Shown here piece by piece: positions 52,790 through 62,764 of a DNA stretch of 64,000 bases. This DNA is from Tagaea sp. (GTDB taxonomy: Bacteria > Pseudomonadota > Alphaproteobacteria > CACIAM-22H2): the NCBI GenBank assembly GCA_965279525.1, contig CBDIIB010000005.1, forward strand, positions 1,504,001-1,568,000. The letters are read 5' to 3'. Under the pieces are notes generated by a model, which did no database searches, was not told the origin of the DNA, and was given only the letters and a program-made list of their open reading frames with translations. The translations under genes and the position numbers were made by a program. Numbering within the stretch: the stretch's first letter is position 1; every line of letters begins with the position of its first letter.

Positions 52790-53374
52790 ATGCTGACGCT
52801 CTTTCTCGCACCTGGATCGAGCTCGATGGCGCCGCACATCGCGCTGCGGGAAATCGGCGTGCCTTTCGAACTTCGTGCGCTCTCCTTTGCGCGCCGCGAA
52901 CATCGCGACCCCGCCTATCTTGCGATAAACCCGGAAGGCAAGGTGCCGACGCTGCTCGTCGACGGACGGCCGCTGACCGAGGTTGCCGGAATCCTCTTCT
53001 ATCTCGCGCGGCGGTTCGCACATGCGGGCCTGCTGCCGGAGAACGACGCCGAAGCCGAGGCCGGCATCGTCTCGTGGATGTCGTTCCTCGCCGCGACGGT
53101 GCATCCGGCACGCCGTCTCGGCGCCGAGCATGCCCGCACGGTCTATGGCCTCGTCGAGCGGCGGCTGGCGGGCCGCGAATGGGTGATCGGCGGGCGCATG
53201 TCGATCGCCGACATCCACCTGTTCCGGCTGTACTGGCGGTACCGCAACTCGGCCGGCCCGGCACCCGGCGAATTTCCCGGGCTGACGGCCCACCACGACC
53301 GCATGCTCGCCCGTCCCGCCGTGCGCACGACGTGCGAGATCGAAGCGGCAATCGGCTACGAACTGCCGGCCTGA
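52790..53374 (+). CDS. Glutathione S-transferase family protein (beta-class-like)
   Basis: PGSSSMAPHIAL.E, INPEGKVPTL, LTEVAGIL, SIADIHL, ARPAV. Confidence 0.9.
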   Translation: MLTLFLAPGSSSMAPHIALREIGVPFELRALSFARREHRDPAYLAINPEGKVPTLLVDGRPLTEVAGILFYLARRFAHAGLLPENDAEAEAGIVSWMSFLAATVHPARRLGAEHARTVYGLVERRLAGREWVIGGRMSIADIHLFRLYWRYRNSAGPAPGEFPGLTAHHDRMLARPAVRTTCEIEAAIGYELPA

Positions 53375-53424
53375 TCGGTTTCCGCTTGGGCCGACGCGGA
53401 GCCGCAAGATAACTTCCGGTCCAG

Positions 53425-54252
53425 ATGTCGACCGCTCCAGCTTCCCTTCCCGCCAGAGGCGAGCGCTTTGCCGTGCTGCGCCGCTGCCGGCGCGTGTGGG
53501 CCATCGCCGCGATCCACGGCAATGCCGAAGCGCTTGGCCGCCTGCATGCGGCGATCGGCGAGCGGCTCGAGACCGGCGACCGGATCGTGTACATGGGCAA
53601 CTGGTTGGGGCGCGGCGGCGACATCGCCGCCTGCGTGGACGAGATGGTGCGCTTCCGGCGCGAGGTGATCGCGGCCCCCGGCTTCTTCGCGTCCGACGTG
53701 GTGTTCCTGCGCGGCATGCAGGAGGAGATGTGGCAGAAATGCCTGCAGCTCCATTTCGCCGTCAATCCGGGCGAAGTCCTGCGCTGGATGCTCGACCAGG
53801 GCCTTGCCGCCACGCTCGCCGCCTATGGGGCGGATCCCAAGATGGGCCTGTCGGTCAGTCGCGAGGGGGCAAGCGCCCTGTCGCGCTGGACCACGTCGTT
53901 GCGCAAGGCGCTCGATGCGAAGCCCGGCCACCGCGAGGTCACGCTCGCCATGCGCCGGGCCGCCTATGACGACCGCGGCCGGATGCTGTTCGTCAGCGCC
54001 GGTCTCGATCTCGACCGGCCGCTCGCCACGCAGGGCGACGCGCTGTGGTGGGGCGGGCGCGGCTTCGACAAGCTCGACCGGCCGTTCGAATCCTATGCGC
54101 GGGTGATCCGCGGCTATTCGCCGGTCCATCCGGGTGCTTCGGGCGGGGATTTCACGCTGACGCTCGACGGCGGCAGCGGTTTCGGCGGCCCGCTTCTGGC
54201 CGCAAGTCTCGGACCGGACGGGGAAATCCAGGAGATCCTCGAAAGCGGGTGA
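53425..54252 (+). CDS. PPP/PrpA-fold phosphatase homolog with substituted metal ligands
   Basis: AIAAIHG, YMGNWLGRG, LRGMQEE, FVSAG, LWW, VIRGY, LDGGSGFGGPL follow PPP motif order. Confidence 0.75.
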   Translation: MSTAPASLPARGERFAVLRRCRRVWAIAAIHGNAEALGRLHAAIGERLETGDRIVYMGNWLGRGGDIAACVDEMVRFRREVIAAPGFFASDVVFLRGMQEEMWQKCLQLHFAVNPGEVLRWMLDQGLAATLAAYGADPKMGLSVSREGASALSRWTTSLRKALDAKPGHREVTLAMRRAAYDDRGRMLFVSAGLDLDRPLATQGDALWWGGRGFDKLDRPFESYARVIRGYSPVHPGASGGDFTLTLDGGSGFGGPLLAASLGPDGEIQEILESG

Positions 54253-54276
54253 TCCGGTCGGCGGGCGGCGGCGTAT
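54250..54276 (+). promoter_or_regulatory. RpoE-dependent promoter of rpoH
   Basis: TGATCC-N16-CGTAT, same as 7355-7381. Confidence 0.8.
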
Positions 54277-54318
54277 TTCCCGGTAGAGCCAGCTTGGCCT
54301 TTCCGAACGGATCTCCCG

Positions 54319-55203
54319 ATGGCCCATCTCGACGACAGCGAGACCCAGCGCGCCAACACGATCTACATCCGCCGCGCGATGAAAGCGCCGATGCTGGAGC
54401 GCGAGCGCGAGCTGGCCCTTGCCCGCGCATGGCGCGAGACCGGCGACCAGACGGCGCTGGGCGAGCTGGTCGGGGCCTACGGGCGGATGGTCGTGTCGGT
54501 GGCGCTGCGCTTCCGCCATTACGGCCTGCCGGTCGGCGACCTGATCCAGGAAGGCAATATCGGCCTGATGCAGGCCGCCCAGCGCTTCGAGCCGTCGCGC
54601 GACGTGCGCTTTTCCACCTACGCGCAATGGTGGATCCGCGCGGCGATCCAGGATTTCGTGCTGCGGAATTGGTCGATCGTGCGCACGGGCACGACCGCCG
54701 CGCACAAGTCGCTGTTCTTCAACCTGCGCCGGCTGCGGGCGCGTCTCGACGATCCGTCGTCCGACCACATGACCGATGCCCAGCGCGGCCGCATCGCGCG
54801 GACCTTGCGCGTCAATCTTTCGGACGTGGTCGAGATGGAGGGCCGCATGTCGGCCTCCGACCGTTCGCTCGACGCGCCCATCGGCGCCGACGGCGATTCC
54901 GACTGGGTGTCCACATTGGTCGACAGCCGTCCGACGCCCGAGGACGCGACGATGTGGTCACGCGACGGCTCGGCGCGCACGCGGCTGGTGCGCGAAGCGT
55001 TGGGCGATCTCAGCCCGCGCGAACGCGCGGTGATCGAGGCGCGGCGCCTGGCGGAAGAAGGCGTGACGCTCGAAGCGCTCGGCTCGAAGCTCGGGATCTC
55101 GAAGGAGCGCGTGCGCCAGATCGAGCATCGCGCATTGGGCAAGCTCAAGGCCGCCCTCGTGCGCCGCGTCGCGGATCCGACGGACCTGTTCGCGGGCGCC
55201 TAG
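54319..55203 (+). CDS. rpoH: RNA polymerase sigma-32 factor, RpoH2-like
   Basis: DLIQEGNIGLM, RFSTYAQWWIRA, NWSIVRTGTTAAHKSLFFNLR (RpoH box), ISKERVRQIE. Confidence 0.92.
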   Translation: MAHLDDSETQRANTIYIRRAMKAPMLERERELALARAWRETGDQTALGELVGAYGRMVVSVALRFRHYGLPVGDLIQEGNIGLMQAAQRFEPSRDVRFSTYAQWWIRAAIQDFVLRNWSIVRTGTTAAHKSLFFNLRRLRARLDDPSSDHMTDAQRGRIARTLRVNLSDVVEMEGRMSASDRSLDAPIGADGDSDWVSTLVDSRPTPEDATMWSRDGSARTRLVREALGDLSPRERAVIEARRLAEEGVTLEALGSKLGISKERVRQIEHRALGKLKAALVRRVADPTDLFAGA

Positions 55204-55207
55204 AAGG

Positions 55208-56266
55208 TCAGATCGCTTCCAGATCGTTCCACGCCTGGTCGGCGAGGCCGCGCAGGCGCTGGCCTTCGATGCGCCCTGCGAAGGCATAGGCATAGCCGCC
55301 GCGATGCCAGTGGACGACGTTGACGTCCTGGCGCCGGTCGGCGCGCGGGGCCTGTTCGCGCCGCTCGGAAAACGCGATCACGAGACCGACCACTTCGTTG
55401 GAACTGTTCTTGTAGAGAAGCTGGGCCGCGGGCCTTCCGCCGACGATCAGCATGCGCCCGCCCTGCAACGCGAAGCCCTGCGCCGTCAGGTCGGGCAGTG
55501 CGAGGTTGCGGTTGAGCCTGGCGCCGAACCATTTGCCCAGCTCCGGCATGTCTTCGGTCGTGAAGTCGACGAGCAGGCGCCCTTCGCTGGCTTGCGTGGC
55601 TTCCGCGACGTTGTAGAAGCCTGCCACGTTGTCGAGCCAGCGGTCTGTCGAGGCAAGTTCGAGCCCGCCGATCTGCGGCTGGATGCGCCCCGTGAACACG
55701 CCGCCGGCCCCCAGCATCACGAACAGGGCGACCGATGCGGCGACCGCCCATGCCAGCGGCCGCCGGATGGTGCCGGCTTTCGCGCGCGGGCGAAATGCCG
55801 CGACATTGCCGCCGGCTTGCGTGTCGCGCACGGCGGCAATCAGGCGGGCGGGAACGGGCTCGTCGACGACCGGGGCATAGGCGGCGCGCGCCATCATCGC
55901 GGTGCGGCGGAAGGATTCGATGCGTGCGGCAATGTCGCGGCGCGATGCGGCCGCCTTGGCGACGCGCGCGGACGCGAGCGCATCCAGCGCGCCGTCGGCA
56001 TAGGCCATCAGCGTTTCGTCGTCGAAACCCGGGTCGGCGGCGACGGGCGCGTTGCGCACCGCGTCGACCAGGCGCTGGGGGACGGGTTCGTGCAGCACCT
56101 CGTTCATCGCCGCATGGGCGAGGGCCGCGATGCGCCGGAACATCGCCACGCGCGCGGCGAGGCGCGCATCGGCGGCAAGGGCCGCCTCGAGCGCGCGCTG
56201 TTCGCCCGCGTCGGCCGTGCCGTCCGCGTAGCGCATCAGCATCTCGTCGTCGAAGCTGCGGTCCAT
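55208..56266 (-). CDS. Transmembrane anti-sigma factor (PrtR/ECF26-like) with duplicated N-terminal domain
   Basis: Two FDDE.LM.YADG...EPVP.RL..AVR repeats, TM WAVAASVALF, periplasmic LPDL...GF.LQGGR...AAQLLY...W...GYAYA. Confidence 0.85.
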   Translation of the reverse strand: MDRSFDDEMLMRYADGTADAGEQRALEAALAADARLAARVAMFRRIAALAHAAMNEVLHEPVPQRLVDAVRNAPVAADPGFDDETLMAYADGALDALASARVAKAAASRRDIAARIESFRRTAMMARAAYAPVVDEPVPARLIAAVRDTQAGGNVAAFRPRAKAGTIRRPLAWAVAASVALFVMLGAGGVFTGRIQPQIGGLELASTDRWLDNVAGFYNVAEATQASEGRLLVDFTTEDMPELGKWFGARLNRNLALPDLTAQGFALQGGRMLIVGGRPAAQLLYKNSSNEVVGLVIAFSERREQAPRADRRQDVNVVHWHRGGYAYAFAGRIEGQRLRGLADQAWNDLEAI

Positions 56267-56285
56267 GAAACGCGTACCCTTCTTC

Positions 56286-56831
56286 CTATTCTGCAGGCGA
56301 AGCGAGCGACGAGCCGGTTTCGCCGAGCATGCGCGCGAGAGCGGTCCGCGCGCGGGCGAGACGGCTCATCACCGTCCCGATCGGGATGTCCAAGGCCGAG
56401 GCGGCCTCCTTGTAGCTCTGCCCTTCGACGCACACGAGCGTGAGTACCGCACGCTGGTCGTCGGGCAGTTTTGCCATCGCCGCGCGCACGGCCTCGTAGG
56501 TCATGTGCGCCTCGATGCCGCGCCCGCCGTCGAAGGCGAGCTCGTCTTCCACCATGTCCGCATCGATCCGGCCTTCGCCGGTGCGGACCTTGTTCGCGCG
56601 CCGGTCGTCCAGCCAGATCGTCTGGACGATGCGGAACATCCAGCTGTCCAGCCGCGTGCCGGGCTGGTACTGGTCGATCCGGGTAAGGGCGCGTTCGCAC
56701 GCGGCCTGCACCAGATCGTCGGCCTGGTCGGGTGCCCCCGCCAGCCCGCGCGCGAAACGGCGCAGGCGCGGCAGCAGGGCCACCATCTCCTCGCGGATCT
56801 GCCGGATCGTGTCGTCGTTCACGACGCGCAC
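56286..56831 (-). CDS. ECF sigma factor (ECF26-like)
   Basis: LPRLRRFARGL, ADDLVQ, SWMFRI, SYKEAA..LDIPIGTVMSRLARAR; start 56831 or 56822. Confidence 0.92.
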   Translation of the reverse strand: MRVVNDDTIRQIREEMVALLPRLRRFARGLAGAPDQADDLVQAACERALTRIDQYQPGTRLDSWMFRIVQTIWLDDRRANKVRTGEGRIDADMVEDELAFDGGRGIEAHMTYEAVRAAMAKLPDDQRAVLTLVCVEGQSYKEAASALDIPIGTVMSRLARARTALARMLGETGSSLASPAE

Positions 56832-56858
56832 CGGAAGATTGCGGCTCGACAGCAGGAC

Positions 56859-56884
56859 AACGGCAGCACTTCGGGTTTATTCGG
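56859..56884 (-). promoter_or_regulatory. Probable autoregulatory ECF promoter
   Basis: CCGAATAAA-N13-CGTT directly upstream of the ECF gene. Confidence 0.7.
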
Positions 56885-56993
56885 CACGGTTACGGCTTCC
56901 CCCGGGACTGTGGCCGATCCGCCACATTCTGGCGGACCGACGGAAGCGCAAATAAACCCCAAGGGCGGCGGAAAGTCGAGGAAAGACGGGGTT

Positions 56994-57535
56994 TTAGCGC
57001 GGCGTCTCGCCGTCGGTCGGCGGCGGCGTCGGGGTCGGGGTCGGCAGGAAAGCCGCGGGAATTTCCGGCGGCGTGTCGGGCTGGCTGTCGCCGCGCCAGT
57101 AGACGACGAGGAAGCGCCCGTCCGCCTCGCGCAGATAGACCTGCCAGTCGTCCCAGATTTCGGCCGCACAGCTGCCCTGCGCCGGGCAGCGGCGGACCTG
57201 CGCTTCGACCAGCAGGAAGCCCGGGCGGAACCAGCCGAGATGGCGCGTGTCCTCGGTGATGTCCTCGGGCCGGATCGTGCTCGTGCGCTCGACCGCGAAC
57301 TCCAGCGCCTGCGGCTGTTCGACGAGCTTCGGGATTTCGGTGAGACCGACGATCGCGCACACCTCGTCCGACAGGCGTGCCGCACAGGCGAAGAAAAGGG
57401 CGGTGGCGCACCGCGCGCTGTCGGGCTGGCCCGTGCATGCAAGCTCGCCGTCGAGTGCGGCACGAGCCGGCGCTGCAGGCGTCTGCGCATGCGCGCTGCC
57501 GACGCCAAGAAGCAGGACGAGGGCAAGCACCCGGA

Positions 57536-57539
<4 letters not shown>
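56994..57539 (-). CDS. Secreted Cys-containing hypothetical protein
   Basis: Signal peptide ending AHA, six Cys, Pro/Thr tail; ATGA overlap with upstream gene. Confidence 0.72.
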
Positions 57540-59014
<1,475 letters not shown>

Positions 59015-59046
59015 GGACCGGACTTTATCCTGCCCGGCGGGCAAAG

Positions 59047-59080
59047 AAAAACCCCGCAGGCCTTGGGGGCCGGCGGGGTT
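59047..59080 (-). terminator. Intrinsic terminator after gcrA (related hairpin)
   Basis: Minus strand AACCCCGCCGGCC-CCCAA-GGCCTGCGGGGTTTTT. Confidence 0.75.
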
Positions 59081-59114
59081 CCTCGACGAAGCAACCTTAC
59101 GGGCGGATCAACAC

Positions 59115-59609
59115 TCAGGCGGCTTCGGTCTTGGGCTTCATCTTGACGTAGGCGATGGACGCGTGCGCCGAGCAGTAGGGCTTGCTCTCGAGCGAACGCT
59201 CGCCGCAGAAGTGGAAATCGGCATCGCCCGGATCGCCGATCGGCCAGCGGCAGGTGCTGGCCGACAGCGCCATCATCGGCAGGCGCTTGGCCGATGGCTG
59301 GTTGGCGAGCGCCTTCAGGGCTGCCGCACTCGTCTGCTGGGCGGCGGTGGCGATGCGCGGTTCGCGCGGGGCCTGCGGCAGGCGCGGCGCGCTGGGCTGC
59401 GACGGGCGCGAGGCGGCCGTCTGGCGGAATATCTGCGGGCGCGGGCCGGTGCGCTTGATCGGCGACGGACGGGCCGGCAGGTGCAGGCGGTGCGCCTTGC
59501 CGACGACGGCGTTCTTGGAGATGCCGAGGCGCTTGCCGATCTCGGCGGTGGTCAGCCCCTCGCCCCACAAGCGCGTGAGCTCCGAAATCTGCTCGGGTGT
59601 CCAATCCAT
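59115..59609 (-). CDS. gcrA: Cell-cycle regulator GcrA
   Basis: MDWTPE..L..LW.EG, ISKNAVVGKAHRL, TCRWPIGDP, FCG, PYC..H..IAY. Confidence 0.95.
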   Translation of the reverse strand: MDWTPEQISELTRLWGEGLTTAEIGKRLGISKNAVVGKAHRLHLPARPSPIKRTGPRPQIFRQTAASRPSQPSAPRLPQAPREPRIATAAQQTSAAALKALANQPSAKRLPMMALSASTCRWPIGDPGDADFHFCGERSLESKPYCSAHASIAYVKMKPKTEAA

Positions 59610-59657
59610 TGCGCCATCCCCTTGATTTATCGTCGGATTATAAGATCGGCTAGGGAT

Positions 59658-59768
59658 TGTGGATAACTCCACTGTTCCCACAACATATTGTGATATTCGC
59701 GACCCGATGAGTCAAGCCCCCGCCACAAGGGGTTGTGGGTAACTGCCTACATATAGAGTCGCAGAGTC
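59658..59768 (-). promoter_or_regulatory. gcrA promoter region with DnaA boxes, NrdR-like boxes and GANTC sites
   Basis: TTGACT-N17-CACAAT (59715-59687); TTATCCACA 59658-59666; TTACCCACA 59734-59742; CACAACATATTGTG 59679-59692; GAGTC at 59709, 59756, 59764. Confidence 0.75.
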
Positions 59769-59817
59769 GCCCGGCCGCGATTGCGCTGCAGTGCAAAGTG
59801 TGAAATTGGGGATGCGC

Positions 59818-60810
59818 ATGATTTTCGCGTACATCCCGCATGACGGCCTCATCGAGCGCCGCACGATCGGCCCCGACGACAAGCTGCCGACCTCGGCGCT
59901 GTGGATCGACCTGTTCGAGCCGACCGACAGTGACCGCGCGCGCGTCGATGCCGCGTTCAACCTCGCGATCCCGACACACGCCGAGATGCTGGAGATCGAA
60001 CCCTCCGCGCGCCTCTATTCGGAGAACGGGGCCGTCTACATGACGGCGACGATCCTGGCGCGCGCCGATGAGATGAACCCGACGGCCGACGCCTTCACGT
60101 TCGTGCTCGCCAACCGCAGTCTCGTCACGGTGCGCTACCACGATCCGCGCCCGGTCAACACGTATGGGGCGCGCATCGTGCGCCTGCCGGCGACCTGCAC
60201 GTCGGGCGAGGAGGCGCTGCTGGGCCTGCTCGAGGCGTTCGTCGACCGCATCGCCGACATCCTCGAGAAGGCGGGCCTCGACCTCGACGCGATCTCGCGC
60301 GGCATCTTCGGGCGCACGAACCCGTCGACGCGGCAGGCCGAACACGAGCAGGACATGCAGCAGGTGCTGCGCCAGCTCGGCCGGATCGAGGACATCTGCT
60401 CGACCGCGCGCGAGAGCATGCTGGGGCTCGTGCGCCTCGTGCGCTTCCTCGACGTGTCGGTCGACGCGGAAACCAAGAAGCGCGCCAAGGAGATCGGTGC
60501 CCGCGTCAAGACGCTCAACCGCGACTTGACCTCGCTGATGGAGCACGCGGATTTCGACAGCCGCAAGGTCAACTTCCTGCTCGATGCCACGCTCGGGCTC
60601 ATCAACATCGAGCAGAACCGCATCATCAAGCTGTTCTCGGTCGTGTCGGTCGTGCTGATGCCGCCAACGCTGGTCGGCACCGTCTACGGCATGAACTTCC
60701 GTGCGATGCCCGAGCTCGACTGGAGCTTCGGCTATCCGATGGCGATATGCGTGATGCTCGCGTCCGCGATCCTGCCCTATCTCTATTTCAAGAAGCGCGG
60801 CTGGTTCTGA
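59818..60810 (+). CDS. corA: CorA family Mg2+ transporter
   Basis: WIDLFEP, EIEPSARLY, NIEQNRIIK, PPTLVGTVYGMNF..MPEL.W..GYP. Confidence 0.95.
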   Translation: MIFAYIPHDGLIERRTIGPDDKLPTSALWIDLFEPTDSDRARVDAAFNLAIPTHAEMLEIEPSARLYSENGAVYMTATILARADEMNPTADAFTFVLANRSLVTVRYHDPRPVNTYGARIVRLPATCTSGEEALLGLLEAFVDRIADILEKAGLDLDAISRGIFGRTNPSTRQAEHEQDMQQVLRQLGRIEDICSTARESMLGLVRLVRFLDVSVDAETKKRAKEIGARVKTLNRDLTSLMEHADFDSRKVNFLLDATLGLINIEQNRIIKLFSVVSVVLMPPTLVGTVYGMNFRAMPELDWSFGYPMAICVMLASAILPYLYFKKRGWF

Positions 60811-60813
60811 GCG

Positions 60814-61698
60814 TCAGCGCGGCGGTGCGGCCAGTGCGCGTTTGCTGATCCAGCCGGCGACGTTGCTGGCCGGCACCGACACCAGCATCCATTCGCCCGT
60901 GTCCTCGGCGACCAGGGCCCGGTGCGTGCCGGCCGGCAGCAGGCCGCGCTGCTCGCATTGCGTGCCGGCACAGCGGCGCACGTTGACGTTTCCGGAAAGG
61001 CGCAAGGCGCGCAGCTCGGGATCGGCCGCCGGCGGTGCGACCGGCGCGGGCGGGGCCAGCAGCACGGGGCGCGGGCCGCCGGGTGGGGCGAGTGCGAGGG
61101 CGCGCGTGCCCATCAGCGGCAACGCGAGCCGCCCATCGCCGAGCTGGGCGACCGCCTGGATGCGCGGATTTTCGCAGCGCGGCAGGTGCGCCACCGCAAG
61201 CTTCGCGCGCCAGCCCGAGATCGCGAGATTGGGGTGTGCGGCGCGCGCCACGTCGGCGCGCGGCAGGTCGACCTTGACCGACGCGACCACCTCGCCGCAC
61301 ACCGCGATCGCGACGTTGCGTGCGCGCCAGCCAAGCTCGCTGTCGCCGGCCCAGCCCGAGATCTCGATGAGTGCCGCGTCGCCGAGCGGTCCGCCGGCAT
61401 CGGCAGACGCATCGATCCAGCCGCCGGCCGCCTGGCCGACGCGCCACGCCGTCAGCGGATAGGTGCGCTCGGCGCTGTCCACGACGATCGCCGGTGCCGC
61501 CGGTGCCGGCATCGGTGCGGCGACGACGGGTGCGGGTGCGGGGGCCGGTACTGGTGCCGGCGGCGGCGGTGTCGCGACGACGGCGGCGACTTGTGGCAGC
61601 GGGACGGGTTCGCTCTCGACGAGCCAGTAGCTGGTCGCGCCTGCGCCCGCCAGGATGGCGATGGCGACCAGGAGCCAGATCCGGCTGAGCGAGTTCAT
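60814..61698 (-). CDS. Membrane-anchored protein with Ig-like domain and C-terminal SH3b domain
   Basis: N-terminal TM, Pro-Ala linker, GWID..ISGWA..RADVA..SGW, then VNVRR...W.LV...GWIS. Confidence 0.65.
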   Translation of the reverse strand: MNSLSRIWLLVAIAILAGAGATSYWLVESEPVPLPQVAAVVATPPPPAPVPAPAPAPVVAAPMPAPAAPAIVVDSAERTYPLTAWRVGQAAGGWIDASADAGGPLGDAALIEISGWAGDSELGWRARNVAIAVCGEVVASVKVDLPRADVARAAHPNLAISGWRAKLAVAHLPRCENPRIQAVAQLGDGRLALPLMGTRALALAPPGGPRPVLLAPPAPVAPPAADPELRALRLSGNVNVRRCAGTQCEQRGLLPAGTHRALVAEDTGEWMLVSVPASNVAGWISKRALAAPPR

Positions 61699-61700
61699 CG

Positions 61701-62762
61701 CTATCCCTTGAGATACATGTCCGGATCGAGCTGGAGGCTGCGCGCGAGTTCGGCAAGCTGGGCCCAGTTGCCGGCATCGATCGGGATGGACGACGCGCGC
61801 GCGGCGCGCGCACGCCGTTCGGGCTCGCCCGGCAGCATCACGTCGCCGGGGCTGGATTTGAGCCAGGCTTCCAGCTTCGCGGCCTCGCCGGCGATGTACT
61901 CGGATGTACCCAGGGCGGCCGGATCGATGGCGACCGCGATCGCGTTGTTGGTGATGCGCCGCGTGGTCGGCGGCAGGCTCGCGATGGTGCCCCCGCCGCC
62001 GAGCGCGCCTGAGAACAGCTCGATGAGTGCGGAGAGCGCGTAGCCCTTGTGCGCCGCCATCGTCAGCAGCGCGCCCGACGGCCGGTCCTCGCGGAACATG
62101 ACACCCGGATCGTTGGTCGGCTTGCCGTCGGAATCGATCAGGATGCCGTCGGCGACCGGCACGCCCTTGTTGAACGCGACGCGCACCTTGCCGACCGCGA
62201 TCTGGCTCGTCGCCATGTCCGCGATGATGGGCACGCCACCTTTGACCGGCAGCCCGAGGCAGATCGGGTTGGTGCCAAGCCGCCCTTCGCGTCCGCCGGT
62301 GGGGGCGACCTTCGCATCCACGCCCGCGACGTCGACGACGAAGAACGAGGCCAGCCCGTGGCGCGCGGTCTGCTCGGCCCACGCCCCGATGCGCCCGATA
62401 TGGTGCGTGTTGCGAAGTGCGAGCACTGCCGCGCCGGCTTCCTTCGCCTTGGCGCACAGAAGGTCGGTCGCCGCCGCCATGATCGTCTGGCCATAGCCGC
62501 GGTTGCCGTCGACCACGAGCGTGGCGGCCGTCTGCGAGACGACCGTCGGCTTCATGCCGAGTGCCAGCACGCCGCGGCGCACCGCGTCGATATAGATCGG
62601 CAGCATGCCCACGCCGTGCGAGTCGTGCCCTGTCAGGTTCGCATCGACGAGATTGTCGGCGACGGCCTTGGCTTCCGCCGCGTCCGAGCCGGAGGCCCGG
62701 CAGATCGCGGCCCCCAGTTCGCGCAGGCGGGCGGGCGAGATCGAGATGTCGGTATCGGCCAT
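61701..62762 (-). CDS. Ldh_2 family (malate/lactate/ureidoglycolate) dehydrogenase
   Basis: ANLTGHDSHG, DGNRGYGQ, HHIGRIG, GTNP, DMATS, HKGYAL, LPGE.E. Confidence 0.92.
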   Translation of the reverse strand: MADTDISISPARLRELGAAICRASGSDAAEAKAVADNLVDANLTGHDSHGVGMLPIYIDAVRRGVLALGMKPTVVSQTAATLVVDGNRGYGQTIMAAATDLLCAKAKEAGAAVLALRNTHHIGRIGAWAEQTARHGLASFFVVDVAGVDAKVAPTGGREGRLGTNPICLGLPVKGGVPIIADMATSQIAVGKVRVAFNKGVPVADGILIDSDGKPTNDPGVMFREDRPSGALLTMAAHKGYALSALIELFSGALGGGGTIASLPPTTRRITNNAIAVAIDPAALGTSEYIAGEAAKLEAWLKSSPGDVMLPGEPERRARAARASSIPIDAGNWAQLAELARSLQLDPDMYLKG

Positions 62763-62764
62763 GG

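Noticed and set aside
59610-59817. Possible replication origin
   Set aside because: Only two good DnaA boxes, no unwinding element, and explained as the gcrA promoter
61490-61575. Short tandem GC repeats, also 57015-57045 and 7465-7510
   Set aside because: Encode Pro/Ala/Thr linkers; not CRISPR or VNTR
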